In this document: piece by piece, positions 32,632-42,151 of the stretch
How the letters are laid out: the number at the start of each line of letters is the position of its first letter
Numbering within the stretch: the stretch's first letter is position 1
From: an uncultured delta proteobacterium
Lineage (GTDB): Bacteria; Desulfobacterota; Binatia; JACPRU01
DNA: 64,000 nucleotides
Direction: 5' to 3'
Assembly: GCA_963745025.1 (NCBI GenBank)
Contig: CAVUWD010000016.1
Span: 32,001 to 96,000 of the forward strand
Translations under genes and position numbers: made by a program
Notes under the pieces: model-generated
The model's database searches: none
What the model saw: only the letters and a program-made list of their open reading frames with translations
What the model was told of the DNA's origin: nothing

Positions 32632-34011
32632 ATGACCAACCGTGAGAAGCTGAAGCACGCCTTCCAGAAGACGCCGTCGGTCTTCGATCTACTGAGCACG
32701 GTACGCAGCCGGCGCGTCGGACGCGGCTACCGGATCGACTCGGGGACCGAGATCGCGCATCCGGTGACCGGGCGGCGGATGAAGCAGGACGTCGGGCCGA
32801 TGAAGTTCGTCTCCCGCAAGGAGCCAAAGCCTCTCACCAAGCTCGAGGAAGCGCTGGTCTGCTGGGCGGCGTGCGGGCCGAACGGGCTCGTCACGGCGGA
32901 GGTGTCGCTCGACGGGGGGTTCAACGAGGTCACGTGGATGTCCGGCCGGACCGCGCCGGGCGCCGGCACCTCGCAGGCGACCGACCTCCTGGTGATCAAC
33001 GACGACGGCGCGTTCATCTACAAGCCGACGCGGAAGCGCGACAAGCCGATCGAGATCGAGAGCGAGGAGGATTACGACAAGATCCTCCGCTGGTACGAGG
33101 ACGGGATGATCCGGATCCTCGACGAGCGCCCCGACGTCGACTGGGCGCTGCGCGCGCCCGGTGCGCCGAACGCCACCCTGATGGGGCCCTACCAGTTCAA
33201 CATGAACTTGCCGGGCTCGACCTGGATCATCCCGATCACGGACGCCGGCTGGCTCAACTCGGCGCTCATGAACATCTTCGGCTTCTGGCACAGCTATCTC
33301 ATCGACGAGTGGAACGGCGGAAGGCCCGCCGGACTCGGCAAATGGGTGCGCGAGGGGATGCTCGAGCTGCCGACGACGATCTCGAGCTCGGAGCAGCTCG
33401 TCTTTCAGATAGAGAGCTATCCGACCGGCTGCATGATCCAGAACATCCGCCTCGCCGCCGAGGCGATGGGGCTCGGCACTTGGGTCTTCTGCGGCTTCAA
33501 CCCCGACATCCTCTTCGGCGCGATGCCAGAAGTGACGCGCGGGCTCGGGTTCCACGTCGAGGCGCTGAATCCGAAGGCGCCGGTGGCGACGGGCCAGCTC
33601 AAGATCTTCGGCATCGAGGGCGTGAAGGAGGCGACGTATGTGCCGTCGCCGCGCTTCAAGAACGGGCGCGAGCTCGTCGAGCACTGGTTCGCCGAGAAGT
33701 ACGGACCGGGGGGCGCGTTCCTCGACGGGCCCGAGGGGTACCTGCGGAAGACCGGCGCGCCGTGGAAGGAGAAGACGGTCGAGGCGATCCTCCGCGACCC
33801 GCGGATCCACATCGCCGAATGGGTGAAGGAGGCGACGACCTGCTACATCGACTACTGCGTCGAGAACTTCGGCCAATGGCCGGTCACCTACAACCCGATG
33901 CAGGCCCACTTCGGCGCCGTCGTCCACAACGTCGACGAGGAGTTCTACGACACGTACTACCGGCCGGGGTACATGAACGAACGGATCCGCAAGCGATCGG
34001 AGATCTACTGA
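32632..34011 (+). CDS. Uncharacterised 459-aa protein, possibly nitroreductase-like fold
   Basis: Strong coding bias; RSRR, PLTKLEE, GRTAPGAG and QNIRLAAEAMGLG motifs. Confidence 0.8.
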   Translation: MTNREKLKHAFQKTPSVFDLLSTVRSRRVGRGYRIDSGTEIAHPVTGRRMKQDVGPMKFVSRKEPKPLTKLEEALVCWAACGPNGLVTAEVSLDGGFNEVTWMSGRTAPGAGTSQATDLLVINDDGAFIYKPTRKRDKPIEIESEEDYDKILRWYEDGMIRILDERPDVDWALRAPGAPNATLMGPYQFNMNLPGSTWIIPITDAGWLNSALMNIFGFWHSYLIDEWNGGRPAGLGKWVREGMLELPTTISSSEQLVFQIESYPTGCMIQNIRLAAEAMGLGTWVFCGFNPDILFGAMPEVTRGLGFHVEALNPKAPVATGQLKIFGIEGVKEATYVPSPRFKNGRELVEHWFAEKYGPGGAFLDGPEGYLRKTGAPWKEKTVEAILRDPRIHIAEWVKEATTCYIDYCVENFGQWPVTYNPMQAHFGAVVHNVDEEFYDTYYRPGYMNERIRKRSEIY

Positions 34012-34088
34012 TTTACTGATGATTTACTGATCATGGAGGCCGTATTTCGATCTTTCCCGCCGCGACTGAACGAAGAGAGAAGTGGATC

Positions 34089-34195
34089 ATGCTGCGGATC
34101 TATTTCCTGCCGCAATGGTTCAATCCGTCCCACCCTCAGGCCGAGGACGCGATCTACGATAGCGAGTCGGGACGGTGTTTCGCCGATTTGAGAAC
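34089..34195 (+). mobile_element. IS5-family transposase relic
   Basis: MLRIYFLPQWFNPSHPQAEDAIYDSES matches the IS5 MLRIYFLQQWFNLSDP..EDA.YDS motif. Confidence 0.8.
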
Positions 34196-34307
34196 TCGCT
34201 GCGCCTCGATTCTCAGCAAGAAGAATCGTTCTCCAATAAGCGATCGCATACTCGCGACCTGCAGCTGGCACGATTGTTGTGAGTAAACGCGATAGAGGTT
34301 TGCGCAG

Positions 34308-36254
34308 ATGATCACAGGATCAAAGTTGATCAAGGCTGTGACCCTCGGCGGAGCGTCCACGCTACTCTCGTGGGCGATCGCAATTCCAGGGGCGCAGGCC
34401 GCGCTTCCCGGCGGCTCGCTGGACCCCGCCTCGATCACGAAGTACGTGACCCCGCTGGTCATCCCGCCTGCGATGCCACCGGTCCCGCGGAGCGGAGCCA
34501 GCGACTACTACGAGATCGCGGTCCGGCAGTTCCAGCAGCAGATCTTGCCGCCCGAGCTGCCGAAGACCACCGTCTGGGGCTACGGCTCGGCTGCCGACCC
34601 CAGTACCTTCAACTATCCGTCGTTCACCATCGAGGCGCAGGTCGATAGACCCGTGCGGGTCAAGTGGATCAACGACCTCGTCGACGCCTCCGGCAACTAC
34701 CTGCCGCACCTCCTCCCCGTGGATCCGACGTTGCATTGGGCGAACCCGCCAGGCGGGCCGGACGGAAGGGACATGCATCCGACGTTCAGCTCGACCCCCG
34801 GTTCCTACACGGGGCCCGTCCCCATCGTGACGCACCTGCATGGGGGGCATAGCGCCGAGGAGAGCGACGGCTTCACCGAGGCCTGGTACCTGCCGGCTGC
34901 GGCCAACATCCCGGCCGGCTACGCGACCGTCGGCTCGTACTACGATGAGTTCCGCAACAAGTTCTTCGCCAAGTTCGGCGAGGCGTGGGAGCCGGGCACG
35001 GCCGTGTTCCAGTACGAGAACGACCAGCGGGCCTCGACGCTCTGGTTCCACGACCACACGCTGGGGATGACCCGCGCGAACGTCTACGCGGGCCCCGCGG
35101 GCTTCTATCTCCTCCGCGGCGGTCCTCGGACCTCCCCGAGGGCGTGCTCCCGGGGCCGGCCCCGAAGCTCGGCGACCCGCCGGGAACGCCGTACTACGAG
35201 ATCCCGATCGCGATCCAGGACCGCTCGTTCAACAGCGACGGCTCGCTCTTCTACCCCGACAGTCGCGCGTTCTTCGACGGTTTCACGGGCCCCTACATCC
35301 CCGAGAGCGACATCGCACCGATCTTCAACCCAGAGGTCTTCGGGAACACGATGGTGGTCAACGGCCGCACCTGGCCGGTCCTCCAGGTCGAGCCGCGCCG
35401 CTACCGCTTCCGGTTCCTGAACGGCTGCAACTCGCGCTTCCTCGTCCTGAAGATCGTCACCGACCCCCTCGCCCGGAGACCCGCACAAGCGGCACTCCCG
35501 TTCTGGCAGATCGGCAGCGAGGGCGGCTTTCTGCCGGCGCGCGTGCGGCTCCGCGACCTGCTGATGGGCCTGGCCGAGCGCGCGGACGTCATCGTCGACT
35601 TCAGCCGCCTGCCAGTCGGTACGGAGCTCTACCTCATCAACGAGGGTCCGGACGAACCCTTCGGCGGCGGGGTAGCGGGGAAGGATTTCGCTGCGGCGGA
35701 TCCCGGCGACGACCGGCCAGGTGATGAAGTTCGTCGTCGTGCCGCTCGCGTCGACGGACACCAGCGTGCCGCCCGCCCGGCTGACGCTACCCGCGTTCAC
35801 GCCGCTCGGGCCAGCCACCAACACGCGTCGGGTGTCCCTCACCGAGGAGGACTCTGCGGTGCTGGAAGGCGTCGGACCGAGGGAGGCTGAGCTCGGCACC
35901 GTCGATGAATTCGGAAACCCTGTGAACCTCAGCTGGGATGAACCCGATCACCGAGAACCCTGCGCTCGGCGCCACCGAGATCTGGGAGATCCACAACTTC
36001 ACCGCGGACGCTCACCCCATCCACATCCACGAGGTGCAGTTCCAGGTCGTCAACCGGCAGCGGTTCGCCCCGGGCGTGCCATCCGACCGCCGGAGCGCTG
36101 GGAGACGGGCTTCAAGGACACGGTGATCGCCTACCCTGGCGCGATCACCCGGGTGAAGGCGAAGTTCGATCTGCCCGGCCTCTACGTGTGGCACTGCCAC
36201 ATCCTCGAGCACGAAGACAACGAGATGATGCGGCCGCTCCGGGTCGGGCCGTAG
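34308..36254 (+). CDS. Multicopper oxidase (CotA/bilirubin oxidase-like), four apparent frameshifts
   Basis: HLHG, WFHDH, HPIHIH and HCHILEHEDNEMM copper motifs across frames; shifts near 35125, 35706, 35945 and 36075. Confidence 0.9.
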
Positions 36255-36422
36255 GGGTGGTGGGCCTTTGCCTCTCCGTCGCGGCTTGCGCCAGCGGCGC
36301 AGCGCGCAAGGCGCGGCAGGCAGGAGGCGCTCGGCGCGGCCTCTGAAACCTTCACGGGCGGGACGCTGCCACCCGCGTCGCTGGGGATTTGGCGCGCCAA
36401 TCATCGATCGAAGGAGGAGCTC

Positions 36423-37607
36423 ATGACGAGGCAGGCAGTCATCGTCGCCACGGCTCGCACACCGATCGGCCGCGCGTTTCGCGGCGCCTTCAACCTGACG
36501 CACGGCGCCGACATGGCGGCGCACGTCATCCGCGCGGCGATCGAGCGGGCGGGAATCGAGCCAGGCGATGTGGAGGACGTGGTGCTCGGCTGCGGCCTGC
36601 CGGAAGGCGCCACCGGGAACAACGTGGCGCGCGTCGCGGCGATCCGCGCGGGCTGTCCCGTGACCGTCGCGGGCACCACGGTCAATCGGTATTGCTCCTC
36701 GGGACTGCAGGCGACCTCGATTGCCGCGCAGCGGGTCATCGTCGATGGCGCGCCGGTGATGGTCGCCGGCGGCGTCGAGTCGATCTCGAAAGTCCAGAAC
36801 AGCATGAACGTGAGCGACTTCACCAACGCCTGGATGATGGAGCACAAGCCGGAGATCTACATGCCGATGGGGCAGACGGCGGAGGTCGTGGCCAAGCGGT
36901 ACAAGGTCTCCCGCCAGAGCCAGGACGAGTACGCGCTGATGTCGCAGCAGCGCACCGCTGCGGCGCAAAAGGCCGGAAAGATCGGCGAAGAGATTGCGCC
37001 GATCGACGTGACGATGGAGGTCCGCGACAAGCAGACGGGGGAGACGTCGCAGAAGTCGCTGCACTTCGCCATGGACGAGGGGAATCGCCCCGATACGACG
37101 CTCGAGGGCCTGGCCAGGCTGCCGCCCGCATTCGATCCCGAGGGCACGGTTACGGCCGGCAACTCGTCGCAGCTTTCCGACGGTGCCGCCGCGCTGGTGC
37201 TGATGAGCGACGCGGAAGCAAGGCGACGAAAGCTGAATCCCCTCGGCGCGTACCACGGCCTCGTCGTCGCGGGTTGCGAGCCCGACGAGATGGGCATCGG
37301 GCCGGTCTTCGCCATTCCGAAATTGCTCGAGCGCCACGGGCTCACGCTCGACGACATCGATCTCATCGAGCTGAATGAGGCCTTCGCGGTGCAGACCGTC
37401 TATTGCCGGGACCGCCTCGGCCTCGATCCCGAGAAGCTCAACGTGAACGGCGGGGCGATTTCGATCGGGCACCCTTACGGCATGACGGGGGCTCGGCAGG
37501 TCGGGGCGATCCTGCTCGAGCTCCGCCGGCGCAAGAAGCGGTGGGGCGTCGTCACCATGTGCATCGGCGGAGGGATGGGCGCCGCGGGGCTCTTCGAAGC
37601 GTTCTAA
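36423..37607 (+). CDS. Acetyl-CoA C-acyltransferase (thiolase)
   Basis: NRYCSSG, NEAFA, GHPYG, CIGGGMG. Confidence 0.95.
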   Translation: MTRQAVIVATARTPIGRAFRGAFNLTHGADMAAHVIRAAIERAGIEPGDVEDVVLGCGLPEGATGNNVARVAAIRAGCPVTVAGTTVNRYCSSGLQATSIAAQRVIVDGAPVMVAGGVESISKVQNSMNVSDFTNAWMMEHKPEIYMPMGQTAEVVAKRYKVSRQSQDEYALMSQQRTAAAQKAGKIGEEIAPIDVTMEVRDKQTGETSQKSLHFAMDEGNRPDTTLEGLARLPPAFDPEGTVTAGNSSQLSDGAAALVLMSDAEARRRKLNPLGAYHGLVVAGCEPDEMGIGPVFAIPKLLERHGLTLDDIDLIELNEAFAVQTVYCRDRLGLDPEKLNVNGGAISIGHPYGMTGARQVGAILLELRRRKKRWGVVTMCIGGGMGAAGLFEAF

Positions 37608-37666
37608 CCTCGATCGGGGCTAGCGGGGCCGGTCCCCGCGCGATCCATCAGTTCCGCAGCGGCGGC

Positions 37667-38128
37667 TCAGGCGGGCAGGAAAACGAGCTCGAGCTTGATT
37701 CCGTCCGGGTCTGCGAAGAACACCGCATAGTAGCCGTTCGCATACTCGGGATATTCGCGCGGCGGATCGAGTATCCTCCCGCCCCACCGCTCGACGTTGC
37801 GCGCCAGAGCATCGACCTCCTCGCGGCTCCCCGCGCGGAACGCCACCTCGCAGAGGCCGACGCGGTCCTTCGAGAAGGTGTCACGGGCGTAGCGGGCGTC
37901 CGCTTGCTTGATCCAAAAGCTGCCGCCCTTGCCCGACCAGCCGAAGACTGGAGCGCCGTCTGCCTCCCACTTCTCCGTGTACCCGAGGCTCGGCATTAGC
38001 GCCGCGTAGAAAGGCCGCGAGCGAGCGAGGTCGTTGACGGTCAAGATGACGTGATGGACCCCGCTCGTCGTCGGGATGCACGGACTCGTCGGGGGACAGC
38101 CGCAGCCTCGAGGCGCCTCGCTCGCCAC
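37667..38128 (-). CDS. VOC/glyoxalase family protein (start uncertain)
   Basis: HHVILTVNDLARS..FY, YYAVFFADPDGIKLE. Confidence 0.88.
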   Translation of the reverse strand: MASEAPRGCGCPPTSPCIPTTSGVHHVILTVNDLARSRPFYAALMPSLGYTEKWEADGAPVFGWSGKGGSFWIKQADARYARDTFSKDRVGLCEVAFRAGSREEVDALARNVERWGGRILDPPREYPEYANGYYAVFFADPDGIKLELVFLPA

Positions 38129-38182
38129 GGCGAGACCCTAGCACAGCGCGGGCAGCCGCGCCGCTCGAGCCGCATCGAGCGA

Positions 38183-38473
38183 CTAACCGTCCTTGCTCCG
38201 CCTGCGCTCCTGAAGGATTCGCTTGGCTCGCTCGAGCGTCCGCCGCCGCGAGGCCGAGAGATTCTTGCCGCCGCGGTTGATGAAGTACTGGATCATGCGA
38301 ATCCCCGAGCCGATCCCCTTGGGGCTCACTTTCTTGCTCGCCATTGCGCGGGCGATCGTCCGCGCATCCTTGGTGAACAGGCCCTCGGCTGGAAAGGTGG
38401 ATTCGGTGTTGACGCTCCGAACCCACCTCTTGCCGCTCCTGCGAGCCCGCGTCCGTGTCCGCTTGCGAGTCAC
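38183..38473 (-). CDS. DUF3175 family protein
   Basis: KRWV...MIQYFINRGGKNL...LERAK. Confidence 0.82.
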   Translation of the reverse strand: MTRKRTRTRARRSGKRWVRSVNTESTFPAEGLFTKDARTIARAMASKKVSPKGIGSGIRMIQYFINRGGKNLSASRRRTLERAKRILQERRRSKDG

Positions 38474-38490
38474 TGGGTCCGATTCTCTCC

Positions 38491-38770
38491 GCTCATCGGT
38501 GCCGAACGATTGCGCCGTCCGTCAACCGCAAGCGGGCGAGCGAAGACGGAGCGCTACGCTTCGAGAGCGAGGGCGATACGGAGGGCGTCATTCAAGGCGC
38601 GTAGACGCTCTGAAGGAAGCCCTCCGATGAAGTCGGTGAGAGCAGATTTGGGCAAAGTCACGAGGGCATCGCAAAGGATGCTCGAGAACCGCGAATCGAT
38701 CAATGTCAGCCGGCTCACCACCACGAAGACGCGACTCTGTCTGGGGTCTCCGCCGCCGGGACGACGAACG
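38491..38770 (-). pseudogene. Diverged partial copy of mazF plus its downstream region
   Basis: Direct repeat of 39800..40169 with substitutions and a 90-bp deletion between two TCGA tetramers. Confidence 0.9.
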
Positions 38771-38837
38771 TATGGCAGGCCCGCCTGCTGTACGATCGGG
38801 GCAAGGTTTGGTAGGGTTTCGAGCGAGACGATAGCCG

Positions 38838-39062
38838 ATGCCACACCTGCTTGACCGGATCACCATCAACCCCAACCAGTGCGGCGGGCGGCCCTGCATT
38901 CGTGGCATGCGGATACGTGTCATCGATGTGCTCGAGCTCTTGGCGGCGGGTCAGACCCACGCTCAAATTCTGGCGGACTACCCCTACCTCGAATCGGATG
39001 ACATCGTGGCCTGCCTTCGTTACGCAGCGCGTCGCCTTGACCATCCCACGCTGGCCGCGTAG
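38838..39062 (+). CDS. DUF433 antitoxin
   Basis: RITINPNQCGGRPCIRGMRIRV..ILADYPYLE..DI. Confidence 0.92.
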   Translation: MPHLLDRITINPNQCGGRPCIRGMRIRVIDVLELLAAGQTHAQILADYPYLESDDIVACLRYAARRLDHPTLAA

Positions 39063-39436
39063 GTGACCGACCCGAGTCGCCCGCTCCTCGTTTGGGTCGA
39101 CGCGCAGATTCCCGCCGGCTGCCACTCGTTGGATTGATGATCCCGGTCTGGTTCAGGCGATTCACGTATTCGATCCAGGGTTGGCCACAGCCGAGGATGC
39201 GGAGCTCTTTGAGAAGGCGCGCAACGGCCGGAGCCGTAGTCTTCACAAAGGACCACGACTTCGTGCAGCTTCAGGAACGTCGAGGCGCACCACCAAAGAT
39301 CCTCTGGCTGACCTGCGGAAACGTGAGCAATCGCGAACTTGGGCGGATCCTTGCCACGTGTTGGCCGCGCGCGATGGAGCTTCTGCGCGCTGGCGAGAAC
39401 CTCATCGAGATCAGTGACGCGCGGCCGGCCGTCTAG
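39063..39436 (+). pseudogene. DUF5615 PIN-like toxin, two frameshifts
   Basis: WVDAQIP...AEDAELF...TKDHDF...PPKILWLTCGNVSN across three frames. Confidence 0.8.
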
Positions 39437-39502
39437 TCGAGCCGATAAAGTGGCAACCGGTGCCGACGGCGATCGTACGTGAAACATGTTAGACATCGGC
39501 CC

Positions 39503-39757
39503 ATGACGCGCATGTCCGTGCGAGACGTTCGTCACAAGTGGCCCGAGGCGGAGCGCAAGCTTGCCGCGGCGGGAGAGATCGTCATCACTCGCGACTCGAA
39601 GCCGGTCGCTCGCCTGCTTCCGTACGGCCCGCAGCGCCGGACGAGCCGGGCCCGATTCGATCCGGCGGCGCACCTTCGCTGGCTTCGGGGATTCTGGAAA
39701 GGCCGTGCCGTCGGCATCTCGACCGACGCGTTGCTCCAGCGCGACCGTTCGGAGTGA
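39503..39757 (+). CDS. Phd/YefM-type antitoxin, orphan
   Basis: SVRDVRH...GEIVITRDSKPVARL; no intact toxin follows. Confidence 0.78.
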   Translation: MTRMSVRDVRHKWPEAERKLAAAGEIVITRDSKPVARLLPYGPQRRTSRARFDPAAHLRWLRGFWKGRAVGISTDALLQRDRSE

Positions 39758-39862
39758 GAGCCGAGGCGTCATCGAGGTCGCCGAGGCACAGGTCCGTATG
39801 CTCCTCGGTGCCGAACCATTGCGCCGCCTGTCAACCGCAAGCGGGCGAGCGAAGACGGGGCG

Positions 39863-40192
39863 CTACGCTTCGAGAGCGAGGGCGATACGGAGGGCGTCAT
39901 TCAAGGCGCGTAGACGCTCTGCAGGAAGCCCTCCGATGAAGTCGGTGAGAGCAGATTTGGGCAAACTCACGAGGGCATCGCAAAGGATGCTCGATTCGTG
40001 CTTCAGACTTTCGGCGCTCCCGACCGGAACTTCGGTGGCGAGGCCTTCACGTCGCGTGTAGACCGGAGCGCATACCACCGTCGAGAACCGCGAATCGATC
40101 AACGTTTGCCGGCTCACCACCACGAAGACGCGACTCCGTCTGGGGTCTCCGCCGCCGGGACGACGAACGCGATAGAGATCACCGCGTTTCAC
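39863..40192 (-). CDS. mazF: PemK/MazF toxin
   Basis: [32 protein letters not shown]. Confidence 0.9.
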   Translation of the reverse strand: MKRGDLYRVRRPGGGDPRRSRVFVVVSRQTLIDSRFSTVVCAPVYTRREGLATEVPVGSAESLKHESSILCDALVSLPKSALTDFIGGLPAERLRALNDALRIALALEA

Positions 40193-40419
40193 GGCTCCAC
40201 CTGGAACGCCAGAACATCCTCGGTCTCTCGATTGAGGCGTTTGGCCGAACGGTTGAGAATCTCGAGGTCTCTCGCTTCGCGCAGCTGCCGGCGGCGGCGC
40301 TCGACGAACTCCAGCACCGCCTGCTCGACGACCCGCGACCGGGGCATATCCTTGCCGGCCAACTCGTCGATTGCCTCGATTGTCGAGGGTGACAGGGTGA
40401 TTGATGTCTTGACTTTCAT
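40189..40419 (-). CDS. Ribbon-helix-helix antitoxin
   Basis: [17 protein letters not shown]; overlaps the mazF start. Confidence 0.85.
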   Translation of the reverse strand: MKVKTSITLSPSTIEAIDELAGKDMPRSRVVEQAVLEFVERRRRQLREARDLEILNRSAKRLNRETEDVLAFQVEP

Positions 40420-40509
40420 ACCACCAAGATACGACCGACATAGCGAACCGTTCAGCAACCCGCAAGCAGGAACGCTCCTGCATTCCGCCGTTGTCAGGTT
40501 CGAGTCAGC

Positions 40510-40616
40510 CGGGACCTCGAGCCAGATCGCGGAGCGCTCGTCGCAGGCGTCCGTCTCGGTTCCGGTGAAAGCCGCCTTACGAAGTCGACGACCTGCTCGG
40601 AGAGCTCGACCTTCAC
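40510..40616 (-). pseudogene. RelE/ParE-like toxin stub
   Basis: VKVELSEQVVDFVRRLSPEPRR, frameshift, LRRALRDLARG, then truncated; overlaps the antitoxin stop. Confidence 0.6.
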
Positions 40617-40867
40617 CGCTCGTCGAGCGCGGAAAGCGGCAGGAAGCGGGTCTTTCCGGCCCGATGATCCTCGAGCGCTTTCCTCGCGGCCGGATTGGCG
40701 AGCAGCTCCATCGTCTCGACGATCGCGTCGAGACGCTCCTGCGAAAGGATGTAGGCGACCGTCCGATCGCGCCGGCTGATCGCGATCGGACGCCCGCTTT
40801 CGGCGTCGCGAATGAGGCGCGGTAGCTGACTCTGAGCCGCAGTGACCGTATACGTATCCTTACCCAT
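40613..40867 (-). CDS. Phd/YefM antitoxin
   Basis: TVTAAQSQLPRLI..PIAISRR..ETMELLANP. Confidence 0.85.
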   Translation of the reverse strand: MGKDTYTVTAAQSQLPRLIRDAESGRPIAISRRDRTVAYILSQERLDAIVETMELLANPAARKALEDHRAGKTRFLPLSALDER

Positions 40868-41102
40868 GGCTCTGCGTACACTAGCGCTACAGGCGGGCGG
40901 TCTCTAGCCGGAAGACGTCGGCACGCAACGGGCTGGCGGATCGCCCCGCGGCACTCACTGGACTTGCCGAGGGTCGCGATCGTCACGTCGTCGGCGCTCC
41001 GCGTCGCGTAGCCGAGAACGATTCGTGGAAGCATGGCCGTTGCCTCGCGGCGAGGGACAAGGCGCTGTCGGCTTCGAGTTCTCGCATGCTAAGGTCGTCC
41101 TC

Positions 41103-41549
41103 GTGAAGAAGCTCGAGCGCTTCCCGGTCGGGGTGTTGCGCGAGGGCGCGGACCGAGCGGCTGCTTTCTTGCGGCGTGATCGGAGAGTGCGCCTGGTCTA
41201 CGTTTTCGGCTCCGCGGCGGATCCGACTTGCAAATTTGGTCGCGATCTCGATCTCGCCATCCTTTGCGTCCCGTCGCCGTCTCTCGACGAGCTCATGAAG
41301 CTCCGCGCCGACGTGGTTGCCGAGGCTCGCTGCCCGGTGGACCTCGTTTCGCTCGGTGAGGCCTCGGTGGTGCTCGCGAAAGAGGTGGCGGATGCCGGTC
41401 GTTGTCTCTTCGCGGCTTCGCCGGACGTCGAGGTAGAGTTCGTCACACGCGCGCGTGCTCGCTACTGGGACTTCAAGCCGTTTCTGGAAGAGCAGTGGCG
41501 CTCGGCCGGCCGCCGCGCGGAGGAACGATCGCGTGGTCCTCAGGCCTGA
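41103..41549 (+). CDS. MNT nucleotidyltransferase antitoxin (MntA-like)
   Basis: YVFGS...DLDLAI...VDLV..L. Confidence 0.85.
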   Translation: MKKLERFPVGVLREGADRAAAFLRRDRRVRLVYVFGSAADPTCKFGRDLDLAILCVPSPSLDELMKLRADVVAEARCPVDLVSLGEASVVLAKEVADAGRCLFAASPDVEVEFVTRARARYWDFKPFLEEQWRSAGRRAEERSRGPQA

Positions 41550-41985
41550 AGCGGTCCGCGAACGGCTGCTCAAGCTCGAAGAGGTGATCTCGCGCCTCGA
41601 TGAGCTCCGCCGGTCCGCGCGGAAGAATCGCGGCTTTCGCGACGAGTGGGCGGCCGAGCGCGGTTTGCAGCTCGGAGCCGAAATCATTCTCGACGCGAGC
41701 AACCACATTCTCAGCGCGCATTTCGGCGTGAGCGCCGAGGACTACGAAGATGTTCTCCGCCAACTCGTCAAGCAAGGCGTGATCGACGACGCGATGGGAG
41801 GCCGGCTGAAGGGCTTGGGAGGTTTTCGCAACATCTTGGTTCACGGATACCTGCGTGTCGACCCGGAACGGGTGGCGGAATTCCTCGCGCGGGCGCCGCG
41901 GGATTTCACCGACTACGCCCGAGCGGTTCGCGGGTGGCTCGAGCGGGTTCTGGCTGAGCACGCGACGCCTTCGGTCTCCGGATAG
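41533..41985 (+). CDS. HepT/DUF86 HEPN ribonuclease toxin
   Basis: AERGLQ and the RX4HXY motif FRNILVHGY. Confidence 0.9.
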   Translation: MVLRPEAVRERLLKLEEVISRLDELRRSARKNRGFRDEWAAERGLQLGAEIILDASNHILSAHFGVSAEDYEDVLRQLVKQGVIDDAMGGRLKGLGGFRNILVHGYLRVDPERVAEFLARAPRDFTDYARAVRGWLERVLAEHATPSVSG

Positions 41986-42151
41986 ACTTCACTCGCGTTG
42001 GGCGAAGCCTGAAAGTGCTCCTGCCTTCTGCCGGCGTCGGGTTCGAGTCGGCCCCTCCAACGCCTGCTGACGAACGACGACCGTCAGGCAACGGCCGCGC
42101 GGACGCTCGGTCTCCAGGTCGGCGTTCCGCGCCGAGCTTCGTACCCGAGCT

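Noticed and set aside
42030-42060. GGGTTCGAGTCGGCCCCTCCA resembling a tRNA 3' end (similar GGTTCGAGTC at about 40497)
   Set aside because: T-stem pairing is poor, there is no cloverleaf, and it does not match the tRNA-Arg or tmRNA ends in the window
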